Below the pieces are notes generated by a model that did no database searches, was not told the DNA's origin, and saw only the letters and a list, made by a program, of their open reading frames with translations. DNA of 26,585 nucleotides, taken from assembly GCA_000165425.1 (NCBI GenBank), contig CT868057.1, positions 186,001-212,585 on the forward strand, in the 5' to 3' direction. A program made the translations under genes and the position numbers. Positions 10,439 through 22,626 of this stretch are shown here, piece after piece. The DNA comes from Paramecium tetraurelia. Lineage: Eukaryota. The number at the start of each line of letters is the position of its first letter. Positions within the stretch are counted from its first letter, which is position 1.

Positions 10439-13077
10439 ATGTAACCACCAGTGTTCGAGAATCAATTAGATCCAGAAGAAATGGAAGCTTGGCTTGCAGA
10501 AGTAGAATTAGTCCATGAGAAAATTAAGAAATTGTCAAGCGAATAGGTATAACAATATTGGAAAATTTAAAGGCCAATGTAAAAGATGATGATGAGGAGA
10601 TAATTAAGATAAGATAAAAAAGGTTAGAACAAGAGAAAAAGAAAGAAGATGCTAGGAGATAATTGCAGATTTAGAAGGAGGAAGAGGAAAGAAAAGGAAG
10701 GAAGGGAAAAGGATAAAATAAAGATTATGCTAGTTTTTGCAAATATTGCTATTTAGAGTATGCTAAGAAGACAGATTAATGCTATTGGTGCAAAAGAGAT
10801 ACTTTGACACAGGAATGTAAAATTCATAGAATAATCTAGAACGTTACAATTAATTATTGGAAAAGGTTGAAAAATATAAAGAAGACAAGAACAGAAAGCA
10901 ATAGAAGAAGTAGAAATTTGAGTTGATGGAAAAAACAGAGAAAATCTTATGGAAAAAGAGCACTTTTACGCATAAGAAATGGGAATATTATACAAGTTCA
11001 GAAGAAGAAATTGAATCTGAGCCAATAGTTCCTAAAGATGACCCAAATTTCAGAGCCTTAGAATTAGATATGGAATAAAGAAAGAAAAAGAAAGAGGAAG
11101 ACATGAAAAAGGCAGAGGAATTGAAAAACAAAGGCAATGAGTATTATAGTAAGGGTGATTATGATCATGCGGCTTGGAAATATTCTTAAGCCCTTGAATT
11201 AGTAAAGGATAATAAGACTTTGTGGTTAAATCGAGCAATTACATACATAAAATCAAACAAAAACAAAAAGGCTATCAATGATTGCACAAAAGTAATCGAA
11301 TATGCTGAATGCTTTGAAAATGGTTATACTTAGAGTAGAGAAAATTGCTGTAAAGCCTTTTATCGAAGAGCATTGGCATATTATAATAGAGACCGATTAT
11401 AAGAAGCATTAAATGATATCAATCAAGCCTAACAACTTATACCAGACGATAAATAGGTGTAGAATCTTAAGAAGGAAATAGAAGCTAAAATAGATCATTA
11501 TTAAAGGTTGAAACAGAATGAAAAGGAGGAGAAGGATGAAGAAGAACCAAAATAAGACAACTAAGATTAATAGGAAAATAGTATATAGTGATAATAATAA
11601 TATAGATAATCCAAAAGAAAAAAAAACCTTTATGGATGAAAATCTAACTTATAAACAATTGATTGATAAGTTTGTAGGAGAGGAGGAGATTGAACTCTTA
11701 TAATTATTTAAAGTGCTTAAGGTTGATTCAAATGAAGCCACAGCCTATTTCTATGAAAAAAATGGTTTGAAATAACTATTAAACATAATATAAAAAAATG
11801 ATGAGAAATTGCACAATTTATAAAATGTAAGTATTTTCTATTAACCTTAGATTATGGCAAGTTTACCTGCTTTGATTTTATAAGTTTATTAAGAGAAAAG
11901 TTTGTTGTACTAGGAATAATTCCTAAATTAATATAATGGAATTGAAGTTATTTATGAAAAAATTAAGTAATTGTTGAAACAGGTTGAAAATAAATCCTTA
12001 TCTGCAATTTATGATACAATATCAGATTATTTAGATGTTTTAAATGTAATGGATGAAGAAAAACCAAGATCTATAATATAACAGCATGAAATAATTAGAA
12101 ATAAGTTATATCCTGAATTGTTTCACAGAATTATATCATTATATAAGACCGAAAGAGATGTAGTTGCTACATTTTTAAGTTTCTGCAGTAATTTATGTTA
12201 TGGATAAGATACACCCTTAAGAAATGTTATTTTTGGGAATATTAATGAAATTATAACTAAATTTGTAGAGATATTTGAAAAAGTCGAAATAAAATAAACA
12301 AACATTAAAATGATGTATTAATTATGCAACTTATTGTCAAATTTGTTAACAGAAGAGAAATATAGGTTTTACTTCCTATCAAAAGAATTAAACCCTAATT
12401 TTTTTAAGGCTTATCTCAAGTTTATCAAAGCTATATAATTTAAAGATAATGAATATAATTCATTAAAATAAAATGCAATTGCAGTCTTAGTTAATCTGAC
12501 ATTTCAAATCAATTAAGCTCAATCGGACTATGTAAGTAAAATCAATCTGTTGGCTCCTACTCTAATTGAATATTTAGAGACTTAATAAGATGGTTTAGTG
12601 ATAGAGAGAGTCCTTACAGTATTATCTAAGGTCAACTATGAAGACAATATTTATCTAATAACAAGGTTTATAAAATAATACAGTAATCAATCTATTAGAT
12701 GCTTACTTCAATGGTTATCAAGAAAATCTCCTTTAGTTGTTGATCAGTTAAAATAAAAATAAACACTGTTATATGAGTTATTGGAATAATTGAAATAGTA
12801 ATTGAATAGTGATAACGAGATAATATATTGTAATTGCTGTAATGTAATTGGGTTCATAATTGATTTATTATCGCCAATTAATGGTGAGTAAAATGCTTGC
12901 TCATTCTTCAATCAATTGATTCCAAGATTGTTGAGTTTCGTGAAAGATAAAACTGGTAATTTTAGAAAGAATTCGGCAATTCTTTTGGCAAAATTAACAA
13001 AAGATTAAAACAATTTACAAAAAGTAAGAGATTTACATGGAATTGAAATTTTATAATCAGTAATGGGTAAATTGTGA
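10439..13077 (+). CDS. TTC12: TTC12-like TPR + armadillo-repeat protein (dynein-arm assembly factor family); introns 10547-10572, 10817-10839, 11827-11850
   Basis: Three TPRs (AEELKNKGNEYYSKGDYDHAAWKYSQAL; LWLNRAITYIK; KAFYRRALAY). These are preceded by FRALELDMEQR and followed by a helical ARM region ending RKNSAILLAKL...VRDLHGIEILQS, which matches the TTC12 C-terminus as I recall it. Confidence 0.8.
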
Positions 13078-13117
13078 ATAGTATAATAATATATTATATA
13101 AATATTTAAATTTGATT

Positions 13118-15250
13118 ATGCTCTCAAAATAATAGAAACTACATCAAATACTATCATAGGGCATATTGAAAACATATGTTTAGAATACTAATTAGTTCAA
13201 CTACAAAAGCATCTTAAAAATTAAGCTAATCGTTCAATAAAGATGAATTAATAGGACAATCATTGAGTCCAAATTAAAAAACAAATTAAAGCATGGGATA
13301 AAAAAAAGTGAATAAAGCAATATAATATCAGCAAGAATTACTAAAATTAATGACAAGTCATAAACAATTATCGTCTGGAAATAAAAAAGAATATATTTCA
13401 GATGTGATGAGTTAACAAAAGGAAAGTAAGCGAAATAATTCTGGTGCAAGTCAACACTAGAAATAATAATCATCAAACAAATTGAGTTTTGTTAATGCAG
13501 GAATTACAATAATAGTGAATCATGAGAATCAATAAATTAAATTTAATATTGAATCTTTAAAAACAACAGTATAGATAGAAGAATACTTGAAATAAGAAAT
13601 AAAGAAACATTGAATACATTAATATTCATCTACAGGTTCTTAACCAGATGAAAGAAAAGTAACATGTCGAACTAAGAATGAATCCTCAGATTTAGAAATA
13701 GTTTCATTTCATACAATAGGTAAAAATCTGCCTATTGATTATTATTTGCAGTAAACTAATAACAGTTTAGAAATATTTAGTGGATAAACATTCAATTTAT
13801 AACCATTTTATGGAACTCCTTCATAAAGCAAAATAACGCTTTAAGATTTTATTTTTGTAAAATGTATTGGAGTTGGAGGCTTTTCAAGAGTTTATATGGT
13901 GAAAAAGAAATCCATGGAAGTTTTACGCTATGAAATTAATTGATAAGGAATTTATTATAAACATAAGAAATGAGGTAAAAGTAGTTAAAAATTTGTTAGG
14001 TATTGCGTAAAATGAAAGAGATATCATGACTGTTCTTGATCATCCTTTTATGATTAAATTAGAATACGCATTTGGTAATTAAAACAAGTAAAAAGAATGA
14101 CAGAAGATTAAACAAGATTTTATTTTACAGAGATTTGTTTAGCTATGCTTTATCTGCATTCATTATCTGTGGTTTATAGAGATATCAAACCAGAGAATAT
14201 TTTGATAGATTTAGATGGCCATATCAGATTGTCAAAACTTAATATGACAGAAGATGATTATGCATACAGCTTTTGTGGTTCACCTGAATATATGGCTCCA
14301 GAAATGTTATTGAAAGTAGGCCATACTGTTTAGGTGGATCATTATTGTCTAGGAGCATTGCTATACGAATTAGTCACTGGATTGCCTCCATGTTATTCTA
14401 AAGATACTGATGAGATATAAGAATCTATTCTTAATGAAGAATTGACGTTTCCTGAGAAATTAAATTTATCAACTGACATAAAGGTACTTTTAAATTTTAC
14501 ATAGAATCTATTATAAGGGTTATTTTGCAAACAACCCTCCGAAAGATTAGGAGATAATAAAGGATTGTCAGAATTACTTACTCATTCTTGGTTTAAGGAT
14601 GTTAATCTTGTGGCAATTTTACAAAAATAAATTCCTCCACCTTTTAAACCAAATCAATTGAAATTCAATTACGATTAAAATGATTTAATGAAAGGAGAAC
14701 TTGAAACAAGGGAAAAACTTCTAGGCAAGTCTCATTAAGAAATTAGACTATTTAAAGCCTTTTATTTTGACTCCAAAGAACAGATATAAATGAAATAGGA
14801 ATAAGCTAAATTATTGAAATAGCATTTCATAATGGTAACTCAATAATAACTGGCACTTAATACTAAGTTTAAATCATATAGAAAAAGTGTTGAACCTAAA
14901 GAACATCAATCAAAACCATCATCTCCATAAATTAATAATAATAAATAATAGAAACTCCATTCTGAGTAATTCTAATCTCTCTGAAAACGAATTAAATCTT
15001 AGTATTATTCTATTTAATTCTAAGTAATCCTCAATTACTAATGTCCAATAAGTAAGTTCTGTTGCAAGCCCTACTTAATCAAAAGTTTCATGTTTGAATA
15101 GAATTATTTCTTAAAATAATTTCTTTGCTGAAAGACAAAACACTTTACCTAATGAGTAAAGAAGTTAGATTATAATCAATTATTGTCAAATGTCTCGACA
15201 GAACAAATGCTTCACAAAAGATTATCTTCTTTAAAATAAAGAAAAAATGA
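13118..15250 (+). pseudogene. AGC-group Ser/Thr kinase pseudogene
   Basis: GVGGFSRV (13869-13892), FYAMKLIDK, YRDIKPENIL, SFCGSPEYMAPE and the AGC tail PPFKP are present. Lesions: frameshifts near 13915 and 13960, subdomain IV-V missing after YAF (~14074), DFG missing (GHIRL^SK, ~14231), and in-frame TGAs including 14982. Confidence 0.85.
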
Positions 15251-15913
15251 ATACTAAATTATCATATTAATTTTAATTTTCAAATTTTTTATCACTGTTC
15301 GTTTCTATCCTTAAAGCAAACTTGAATTATTTCTTATATAATATACAATAATTTTGGTTGTTAATAGACTATATAGCTAAAGTTTATCACATTAGATAAT
15401 ATCATCAAGTCATGAAAGAAATCATAACCTGAATTCAAATTAAAGTTTCTATTGAGAATCAATTTCATATCAAAATGATTTCGCACATTCAATATAAGTA
15501 TTTCGATGATTGGATGTATCTTAAATTTTATTGCAACTATTTAATATTAATTTCTTAAAAAGTATGAAACTATAAATACGATAAATATTAGAAGAATGAG
15601 ACTAATAATCTATAAAAAATTAAAAATATATATTTTTAGAAAATCCCAAAATATATTTATCGTTTTTTAGTTATGATTAATATTTCTGTTAAATTTAGGT
15701 TTTATTGTATATATATCTAAATTCTATAATTCAAGTTCATAGATCGAAGAAATTGTTAGTAAGTTTAAAGATAATTTGATTATTTTTTATATATGCCCTA
15801 AATTCTCAAGAAATTATCGATCAAACTAAAGGAGAAATAGTTAATTAATTCTTATTTTAATTTAAAAATCACAAAATGTAAAATTACAGAAAAAATAAGG
15901 ATTATAATGATAA

Positions 15914-16114
15914 CCCTCATTCAGATTGGAATGATATTAATTNNNNNNNNNNNNNNNNNNNNNNNNNNNNNNNNNNNNNNNNNNNNNNNNNNNNNNNNNN
16001 NNNNNNNNNNNNNNNNNNNNNNNNNNNNNNNNNNNNNNNNNNNNNNNNNNNNNNNNNNNNNNNNNNNNNNNNNNNNNNNNNNNNNNNNNNNNCCCTCATT
16101 CAGATTGGAATGAT
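15914..16114 (+). repeat. 22-nt direct repeat CCCTCATTCAGATTGGAATGAT on both sides of the gap (15914-15935, 16093-16114)
   Basis: Exact copies directly visible; the following bases are similar but not identical (attaatt vs cttcatt). Confidence 0.9.
15943..16092. other. Assembly gap (150 N)
   Basis: Run of N. Confidence 1.
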
Positions 16115-16737
16115 CTTCATTTTGATTGTTCTGATCCTTATCTGAATCCTGTTATAGACAATTAAGCTCTCATTTAAGTTGAGGAAAATGATACACATAA
16201 CAAAAACCAACTCAAGATCCCCAATAAAGCAAAGCAATAAAAGAAAACGTTAAACTTTCATTTCTCAAAAAGAAAAAAAATAGATTCGTAGAAGTATAAT
16301 CAGAAGCATCACTCTATTACAAAAAAAAGTAGGAAAAAATACAGCATAACTTAATCTAATTCTCCATTCTGTCCAGGAGGATGCGAATCAAATGAGCTTC
16401 TATCATCAAATACTGATGTTTCTTCTAAAGAGACCACACTAAGCTCGATAAAATGGAGATTTGATTTTATAGCAACTTTAATCAAATAAACAAAATTAGA
16501 AATGATGCAACTTTAGAAATATCGAAATGATAATCAATAATTGTGATTCATCTTGTATCCAAAATCAATACAATTACATTAATAATCTTATTAAACCATT
16601 TTTTTAATTAGAATTAATATATAAATTTATATACTCTTATTATTTATATCCATATTTATATGAATAATGATGTTGTTTAATTCTTTTATATTTATTTCTA
16701 AAATTTATGTAATCTCACAATAAATAAAATATTCTAA

Positions 16738-17590
16738 TCAATTTTTTTATTTTCTACTAGATTTTCTAGTTTATAATTTATTTACAATAGCTTAAAGATA
16801 ATCTCCATTAAGCCCCAATAACCCTGTAAAACAATTAAATTAAGTTGCCAATGGTACAAATTCAGTTTCATAATCTAAATTTTCAGTAAATAAGGCCAAA
16901 GAAACTTTATTATAAGGGTTTTTTTGGCTTAATTCATAAAAATATGCGATTGATAAGACACATTGCTTTTAATTGTAATATGCTGAGGATCCTCCTTTTA
17001 CCTTTTTTAATTATTATTATGAATACCCCAACGTGCTTGTAGATCCTTGCTAAAGCAGGATTTTAAAGTGAAACATATCCTATCAATGGATAAAATACTT
17101 CATAGAACTACTTATTAAAAATAGTTTCCTTGTTTAATTTATTTAACAAATTAGCATAAGAATTAGTAGTTGATTTAGTAAATAACTAAGCTTAAATTCC
17201 TAAGACTTCTCCATCTAATAATTCTTTTCCTCTTTTTAATAGTTCCTATGCTTCTTAGCCACCTTAAATTAATAAATTATGGATTTCATTGCTCTGTTAT
17301 TTTATTGATTCCCCATTGTAAGATTTAAGTTCTGCTATATACTGATCTCTTGTTGCATTTTTTATGTTTATGAATGACAATATAAATGAGTTCAAATAAT
17401 AAGAATTAGTTTATTTCAATTTTAATTTATTGATTGTTTTCTAAATTGATTCGAGAGTTAAAATGGTCTACAAGAACTCAGTATTAGCATTAGAACTTAA
17501 TGCTATCATTCCATTAGCAATTTCAATTATTTCACTTTGCCATCTTATAACTTACCTTATTTTTCCCAAATTTACAAAAAATTAGTAATG
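16738..17590 (-). CDS. Class A beta-lactamase-fold serine hydrolase / DD-peptidase-like protein, 5'-partial (N-terminus in gap); intron 17002-17026; apparent 1-nt frameshift near 17530
   Basis: EIANGMIALSSNANTEFL (SxN motif, ~17471-17525) and HVG|VKGGSS (KTG-equivalent, ~16984-17035) at plausible spacing. Ends at TGA 16738-16740. The SxxK motif is not visible and would fall in the gap. Confidence 0.7.
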
Positions 17591-18006
17591 NNNNNNNNNN
17601 NNNNNNNNNNNNNNNNNNNNNNNNNNNNNNNNNNNNNNNNNNNNNNNNNNNNNNNNNNNNNNNNNNNNNNNNNNNNNNNNNNNNNNNNNNNNNNNNNNNN
17701 NNNNNNNNNNNNNNNNNNNNNNNNNNNNNNNNNNNNNNNNNNNNNNNNNNNNNNNNNNNNNNNNNNNNNNNNNNNNNNNNNNNNNNNNNNNNNNNNNNNN
17801 NNNNNNNNNNNNNNNNNNNNNNNNNNNNNNNNNNNNNNNNNNNNNNNNNNNNNNNNNNNNNNNNNNNNNNNNNNNNNNNNNNNNNNNNNNNNNNNNNNNN
17901 NNNNNNNNNNNNNNNNNNNNNNNNNNNNNNNNNNNNNNNNNNNNNNNNNNNNNNNNNNNNNNNNNNNNNNNNNNNNNNNNNNNNNNNNNNNNNNNNNNNN
18001 NNNNNN
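17591..18006. other. Assembly gap (416 N)
   Basis: Run of N. Confidence 1.
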
Positions 18007-18457
18007 CAGAACGGATCGAAGTTCAACCGGCCGGGTGTTAAAGGGGGAGGATGGTTAACTGTAATCTTCTATAATAAATTTTTTGAATTTTGTATCATCA
18101 TATTCCCATGTTATTAACCCAGGTGCTAAGTTATTTTGAAATGCAACAATTACAGCAGGAGAGGTTGGATTTGGAGCAGAATATGACCAATATTAGATGG
18201 GACCTGTTCTCTTTTTAATTGTTTATAAAGTTTCTTTGAATTCATTATAATTTAATTAGTTTTACACTTATCCTGATAATTGATCGTAGATATCTTCAAA
18301 TTTATCTATAGCTGTAATACTCAACTTTACTTTTATTGAAAGATGATTTGATTGAATGAAAATGTTCAATGTTCGAATAATCAGTTGGAACAAATGTGCA
18401 AAATGCTACAGCAGGTAATACCATTCTCATTAGAATATGTTTATGTAGTTTAATCAT
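18007..18457 (-). CDS. Hypothetical protein, 3'-partial (runs into gap), two predicted introns
   Basis: MIKLHKHILMRMVLPAVAFCTFVPTDYSNIEHFHSIK...KFEDIYDQLSGQ...KRTGPIQYWSYSAPNPTSPAVIVAFQNNLAPGLITWEYDD after removing 25-nt and 32-nt GT..AG introns. Confidence 0.55.
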
Positions 18458-18667
18458 GAGTATTTTAATAATATTAAAATGAACATATTGATTTATCTAT
18501 ATAAATAGAGTAACAACCTTATAGTATTATATATTTGTGGAAATGAAGCAATAATTAATATTCTCATTAAGGAGTTAAATATTATTTTTTGGATATAGTT
18601 TCAATTACAATCACTATTTGATTTTTGTATATTAATAATTGTGTAATTTATAATAAATGAATGAACT

Positions 18668-19286
18668 ATGGTACGATTAACTGAAAACGGAGATTTAAAA
18701 TCAGAATCTAAGCGAAAGAGATCCGATAATTAAAAAATAACGATAGGATATCATATCATTACCATATTTGAGACATCCAAAACAACTAAGAGTTAATAGT
18801 ATTACTAATCTAAAAAATATTTCATCCGATCGATTTAAATAATATTTATAATAAATACAGCTTAAAAGGTTGGTGAAAAGAGATTAATTCAAAAATAATT
18901 ATTCTGAAACAGAAATATATCCCTTTTTGAATTTGTAAGCAAAATAAATGAAATTTTCTGAAAAAGAATTTAAAGCTAATAACATGAGTGTTTCAATCAG
19001 TCAATCCAATATTTTAAATTAAGGGTCGAACCTTCAAACAAATAAGATATCTTTCGTTAGACTTAATCTTCAATAAAATAATGTCCCTTAAGCAATTACA
19101 AATAATAAGGATTCTTCAAGAAGAATTAAAACCTTTAATCAAATTGAAATCGCAGAAATTGTGGAGTAACCGGAAAGCAAGTAGCAACTCTATCTCAAAT
19201 TGAGGTTAAGAAATAGCGGTATAAAATAAACAATCAATAATTGGATTAAATAAAGATATAATTTCAACAGAAAATTTAATTCCTGA
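18668..19286 (+). pseudogene. Possible degenerate gene of unknown function
   Basis: MVRLTENGDLKSESKRKRSD... stops near 18905. A second frame stays open for about 125 codons to TGA 19284-19286. No recognisable domain. Confidence 0.3.
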
Positions 19287-20486
19287 TTTATTTAATTATC
19301 TCATCAGACTAGTAGATATTTCATTGATTTTATTTCTGATATCTTGTTTATCACTTTTTTTAAATACGATTATTATAACAGTTCATAGTTTTAATGTCTG
19401 AAGTCTTACGAAAAGATTCTTTTTTGATAATTTTATTCTTACAAGGTCTAAATAATTTATAAAGGTGTTGAAATTTTAATTAAGATTAATATCATAGATT
19501 AATACAATTTTTCAATTAAACAGAATCACTTGTGTTTTATTTTTTGTGTAGATGAATTATATAATAATGATAGATGATCAATTTTGAAAGCATTTCAACG
19601 GCATAGGTATCATTAGCTTTACTCAATTTATTACTTCAGCAAAATATTTTTACTAAAATTCTATCCTCCTTCGTTAGAATTTGGTTTAAAAATAGAATAA
19701 ATAAGTCTCTGGTATGTTAAGCAAAATCTAATTCAATTAATTTTCTTGGATTAAGATTTTTAAACATTAATTGAATTCAATAATCATTAAGAAGATTTTT
19801 TACTAATGAAGTATACTTATAATTGATGAAATAGGAATAATCAAATTGCCTTTGATAACTAATTTGGTATGATTTTAACTGTTTAATTAGTACCTTGATT
19901 CTATTTCATATTATCAATTAATTAATTTTGTAACTTTTCTTCTGTTATATAGGAGAAAAATATTAATTTTAGTAATAAAATTCTAAATTATAGATTCTTT
20001 AAAACTGTTATTAGAGAATGAATTTTGATTGAATTAAATAAAAATGGTTATATATATAATCACGCTTCAAAAAATCATGGATAATAGTTACATTTACTAT
20101 TAAAATATTCTCATAGATATCATATATCTCCTTAAGCACTTTTCTCAACATCAATTCTTATTCAATATTTATCATTCTATTTACAAATTAACAAATTTCT
20201 TATTAAGTTTTCAGTAAGCTTCTTTATCTATATTACATTAATAATGAGATTGATTATTTTATTTGAAGGATTCAATTTAAAAATCATTTATTAAAAATTG
20301 ATCCCAATCCATGATGGATAGATTCAATAGTTTAATGAATTAATAATTTCTTTATCTGATTTAATTATTTCATTCTCTTTCCTTATTTATTTGAATTATA
20401 AGAAATTCATTTTAAATAGAGATGTTCTCTCATTCTTTTTTTTATATATTTGAAAATACTAATAAAAAGAGATATTTAATTTAAAA

Positions 20487-22626
20487 ATGAACTTCGAGAA
20501 ATAAGAAAGCTTTATCTAATTTGAGAGATTTTAGAGTTCATTATCCGAAAATTCTTATAATAGAAGTTCCTTTAAACAAAAAGATTTTGAATCACGAAAC
20601 AGTTCGATCATCTTTGATGTTCCCGAATAACTCTAACGAATTTTATCAATGATAAATAAGGAAAATGTAGAAGAAATGGAAAATAATATAATTAAACTCC
20701 AACAAATAAGTGAAAATGTGAAATAATTTAAGTCTTAGCTAATAGAATCAATAGACAAATATATTGGAAATATTGATTAATATATAGACTACATCTAAAT
20801 ATAGATGGGAATAATTCATTAAAAAATCTAAGAAATTCCTTTAGATAACTAAATTGAATTTTGTTTGAAATATTAAGAAATTGAAATCTATCTACCAAAT
20901 TATGCTGAAATAAAAGAAATTTTGTTAAAAAATTTAGTCATATTAAACTCCTCAAATAAAGTTAATAACTTAGAACAATATATAAATTAGTTTGGTATAG
21001 AAAAATACAAGTTATCATAAGAGATCCTATAAAATTTAACACAAGAAAATTAGGATAAACTCAATAATGTACAATGTGAAATTCATCAAAGTTAAATAAA
21101 AATGGTACATTTAAGTGAAGTAAGTTTAGTACCTCGAAGATTAGCATGTTTGACTTGTGTAGAGGAATATCCCTGTTAATATATGAGAATAGAAACATTC
21201 TAAGATGAATGGTAGATATAACAATAAAGAAAATTATTCTTAATTAGAAAGGGAAAATATAAGTATTTAATGAAGCATGTTAGTAGGAAAATTAAAATCT
21301 TAATAAGTTTTAGTTTGAGATCAATGCTTTAATTGAATAATATAGAAATAAATTAAATAACAATTCCTAAAGTTAGTTAGAACAATTAAGAAAGTCAAAA
21401 TAATAGGAATCAGAAATTTGGTCTTAAATTAAAAAAGAAAGATTGAATGAAATTGTTGAAGCTTTTAGTAGATCTAATCATATGAATGAATTTGAAAATA
21501 AAAACAAATAAATATTCGCTCTTTGGCAATATAAATCAAAAGTAGAAGTTATGATTTTCTCTTTAGAAACACGTTTATTTTATTGGAAGATCAAGTTCCT
21601 GAAATAAAACTTTCCTGTTATATAGAATAATTAGATTAGAAATAAAGCAGTTTTAAATATTAGTCACTTAAAGATTGCTCGGTAAAATAGAAAGAATTTT
21701 GTTACGCGATTGCTATCAGTTTAGATTTATCTATCATGGCTGCTAGTTGTAAACAATAAATTAGGATATTCGAAATTAGAGATGAAATAGTAATAGAAGT
21801 ATAAATGTTAAATGAGCATTAAAAAGATGTTTTATGCCTAGCTTTTATGAAACCATCTGATTCATTTATATCAGGGAGTGAGGACAAAACCATAATATTA
21901 TGGAAAAGAAATTAAACTTTTTAATGGCTTTGTCAACAAAAATTAAAATAGCATTTGGACTCTGTTTATTGTTTAATACTATCTAGCAATGATGATCTCA
22001 TTATATCTGGGAGTAAAGATAAAACAATTAGAATTTGGGAGAGGTGTAGTTAAAATAAAATTGCACAAATTTTGCAAGGAAAAAAATAATGGTTATGCAA
22101 GTAAACTATCTCTAGCCACACTGACTCTGTATTTAGTTTAGCTATAAATGAAACATCAAATCAATTAATCTCTTGCGGGAAAGATAATAAAATAATAGTT
22201 TTTTAAGTTGAAGAAAAGGGTTGGATTTAAAAATAAGTGATTTCTGTTTAATCATTTGGGCTTGGAATTAGTTTTATTAACAATGATACATTTTGCATTT
22301 AACCTTAGTATAGTAAAAAAATTGAAATATACGAGTTGAAGAATTCTAATTATATCAAAACTAAAGAGATACAAGTAAAAATAGGCAGTTGTTCTAATAA
22401 TTTATTTCCTTAATAAATGATAAAATCAAAATAAATATTAATAAATAAAAATGGGTCTTGTGTAAATTTTATAAGTTTTTCTTCAAATTTAGAGAAAGTT
22501 TAAGAGTATTCTATTGAATTTTCTACAAATATGATTTATGGAGTATCAAGTAATAATGGTGAATATTTATTTACATGGGATTTTGAATCGAAATTAATAC
22601 AAGTATGGAAGTATAAAGAAGAATGA
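20487..22626 (+). pseudogene. WD40-repeat protein of an expanded Paramecium-type family with an N-terminal Cys/His motif; frameshifted in the linker
   Basis: N-terminal frame contains CEIH...LACLTC and hits TGA at 21444. Frame changes near 21230-21260 and 21570. The WD40 block ~21570-22626 is intact (FISGSEDKTIILW, LIISGSKDKTIRIW, LISCGKDNKIIVF, NGEYLFTWD). Confidence 0.75.

Larger units (their letters stand above)
15673..16546 (+). pseudogene. Possible (pseudo)gene of unknown function spanning the first gap, with a PHSDWND peptide repeat
   Basis: Coding-like segments (IDQTKGEIVNQFLFQFK...NPHSDWND; SPFCPGGCESNE...IKWRFDF), but frames are inconsistent and part is unsequenced. Confidence 0.3.

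Noticed and set aside
15914..16114. CRISPR-like palindromic repeat
   Set aside because: Only two copies, eukaryotic context, no cas genes, and the repeat reads as a peptide repeat.
17525..17536. Euplotes-style AAA-TAA programmed frameshift in the beta-lactamase-like gene
   Set aside because: TAA encodes Gln throughout this genome, so stop-driven frameshifting does not apply. An error or mutation near the contig end is simpler.
15907..18058. ORF-track entries spanning N runs
   Set aside because: They are artefacts of translating assembly gaps.
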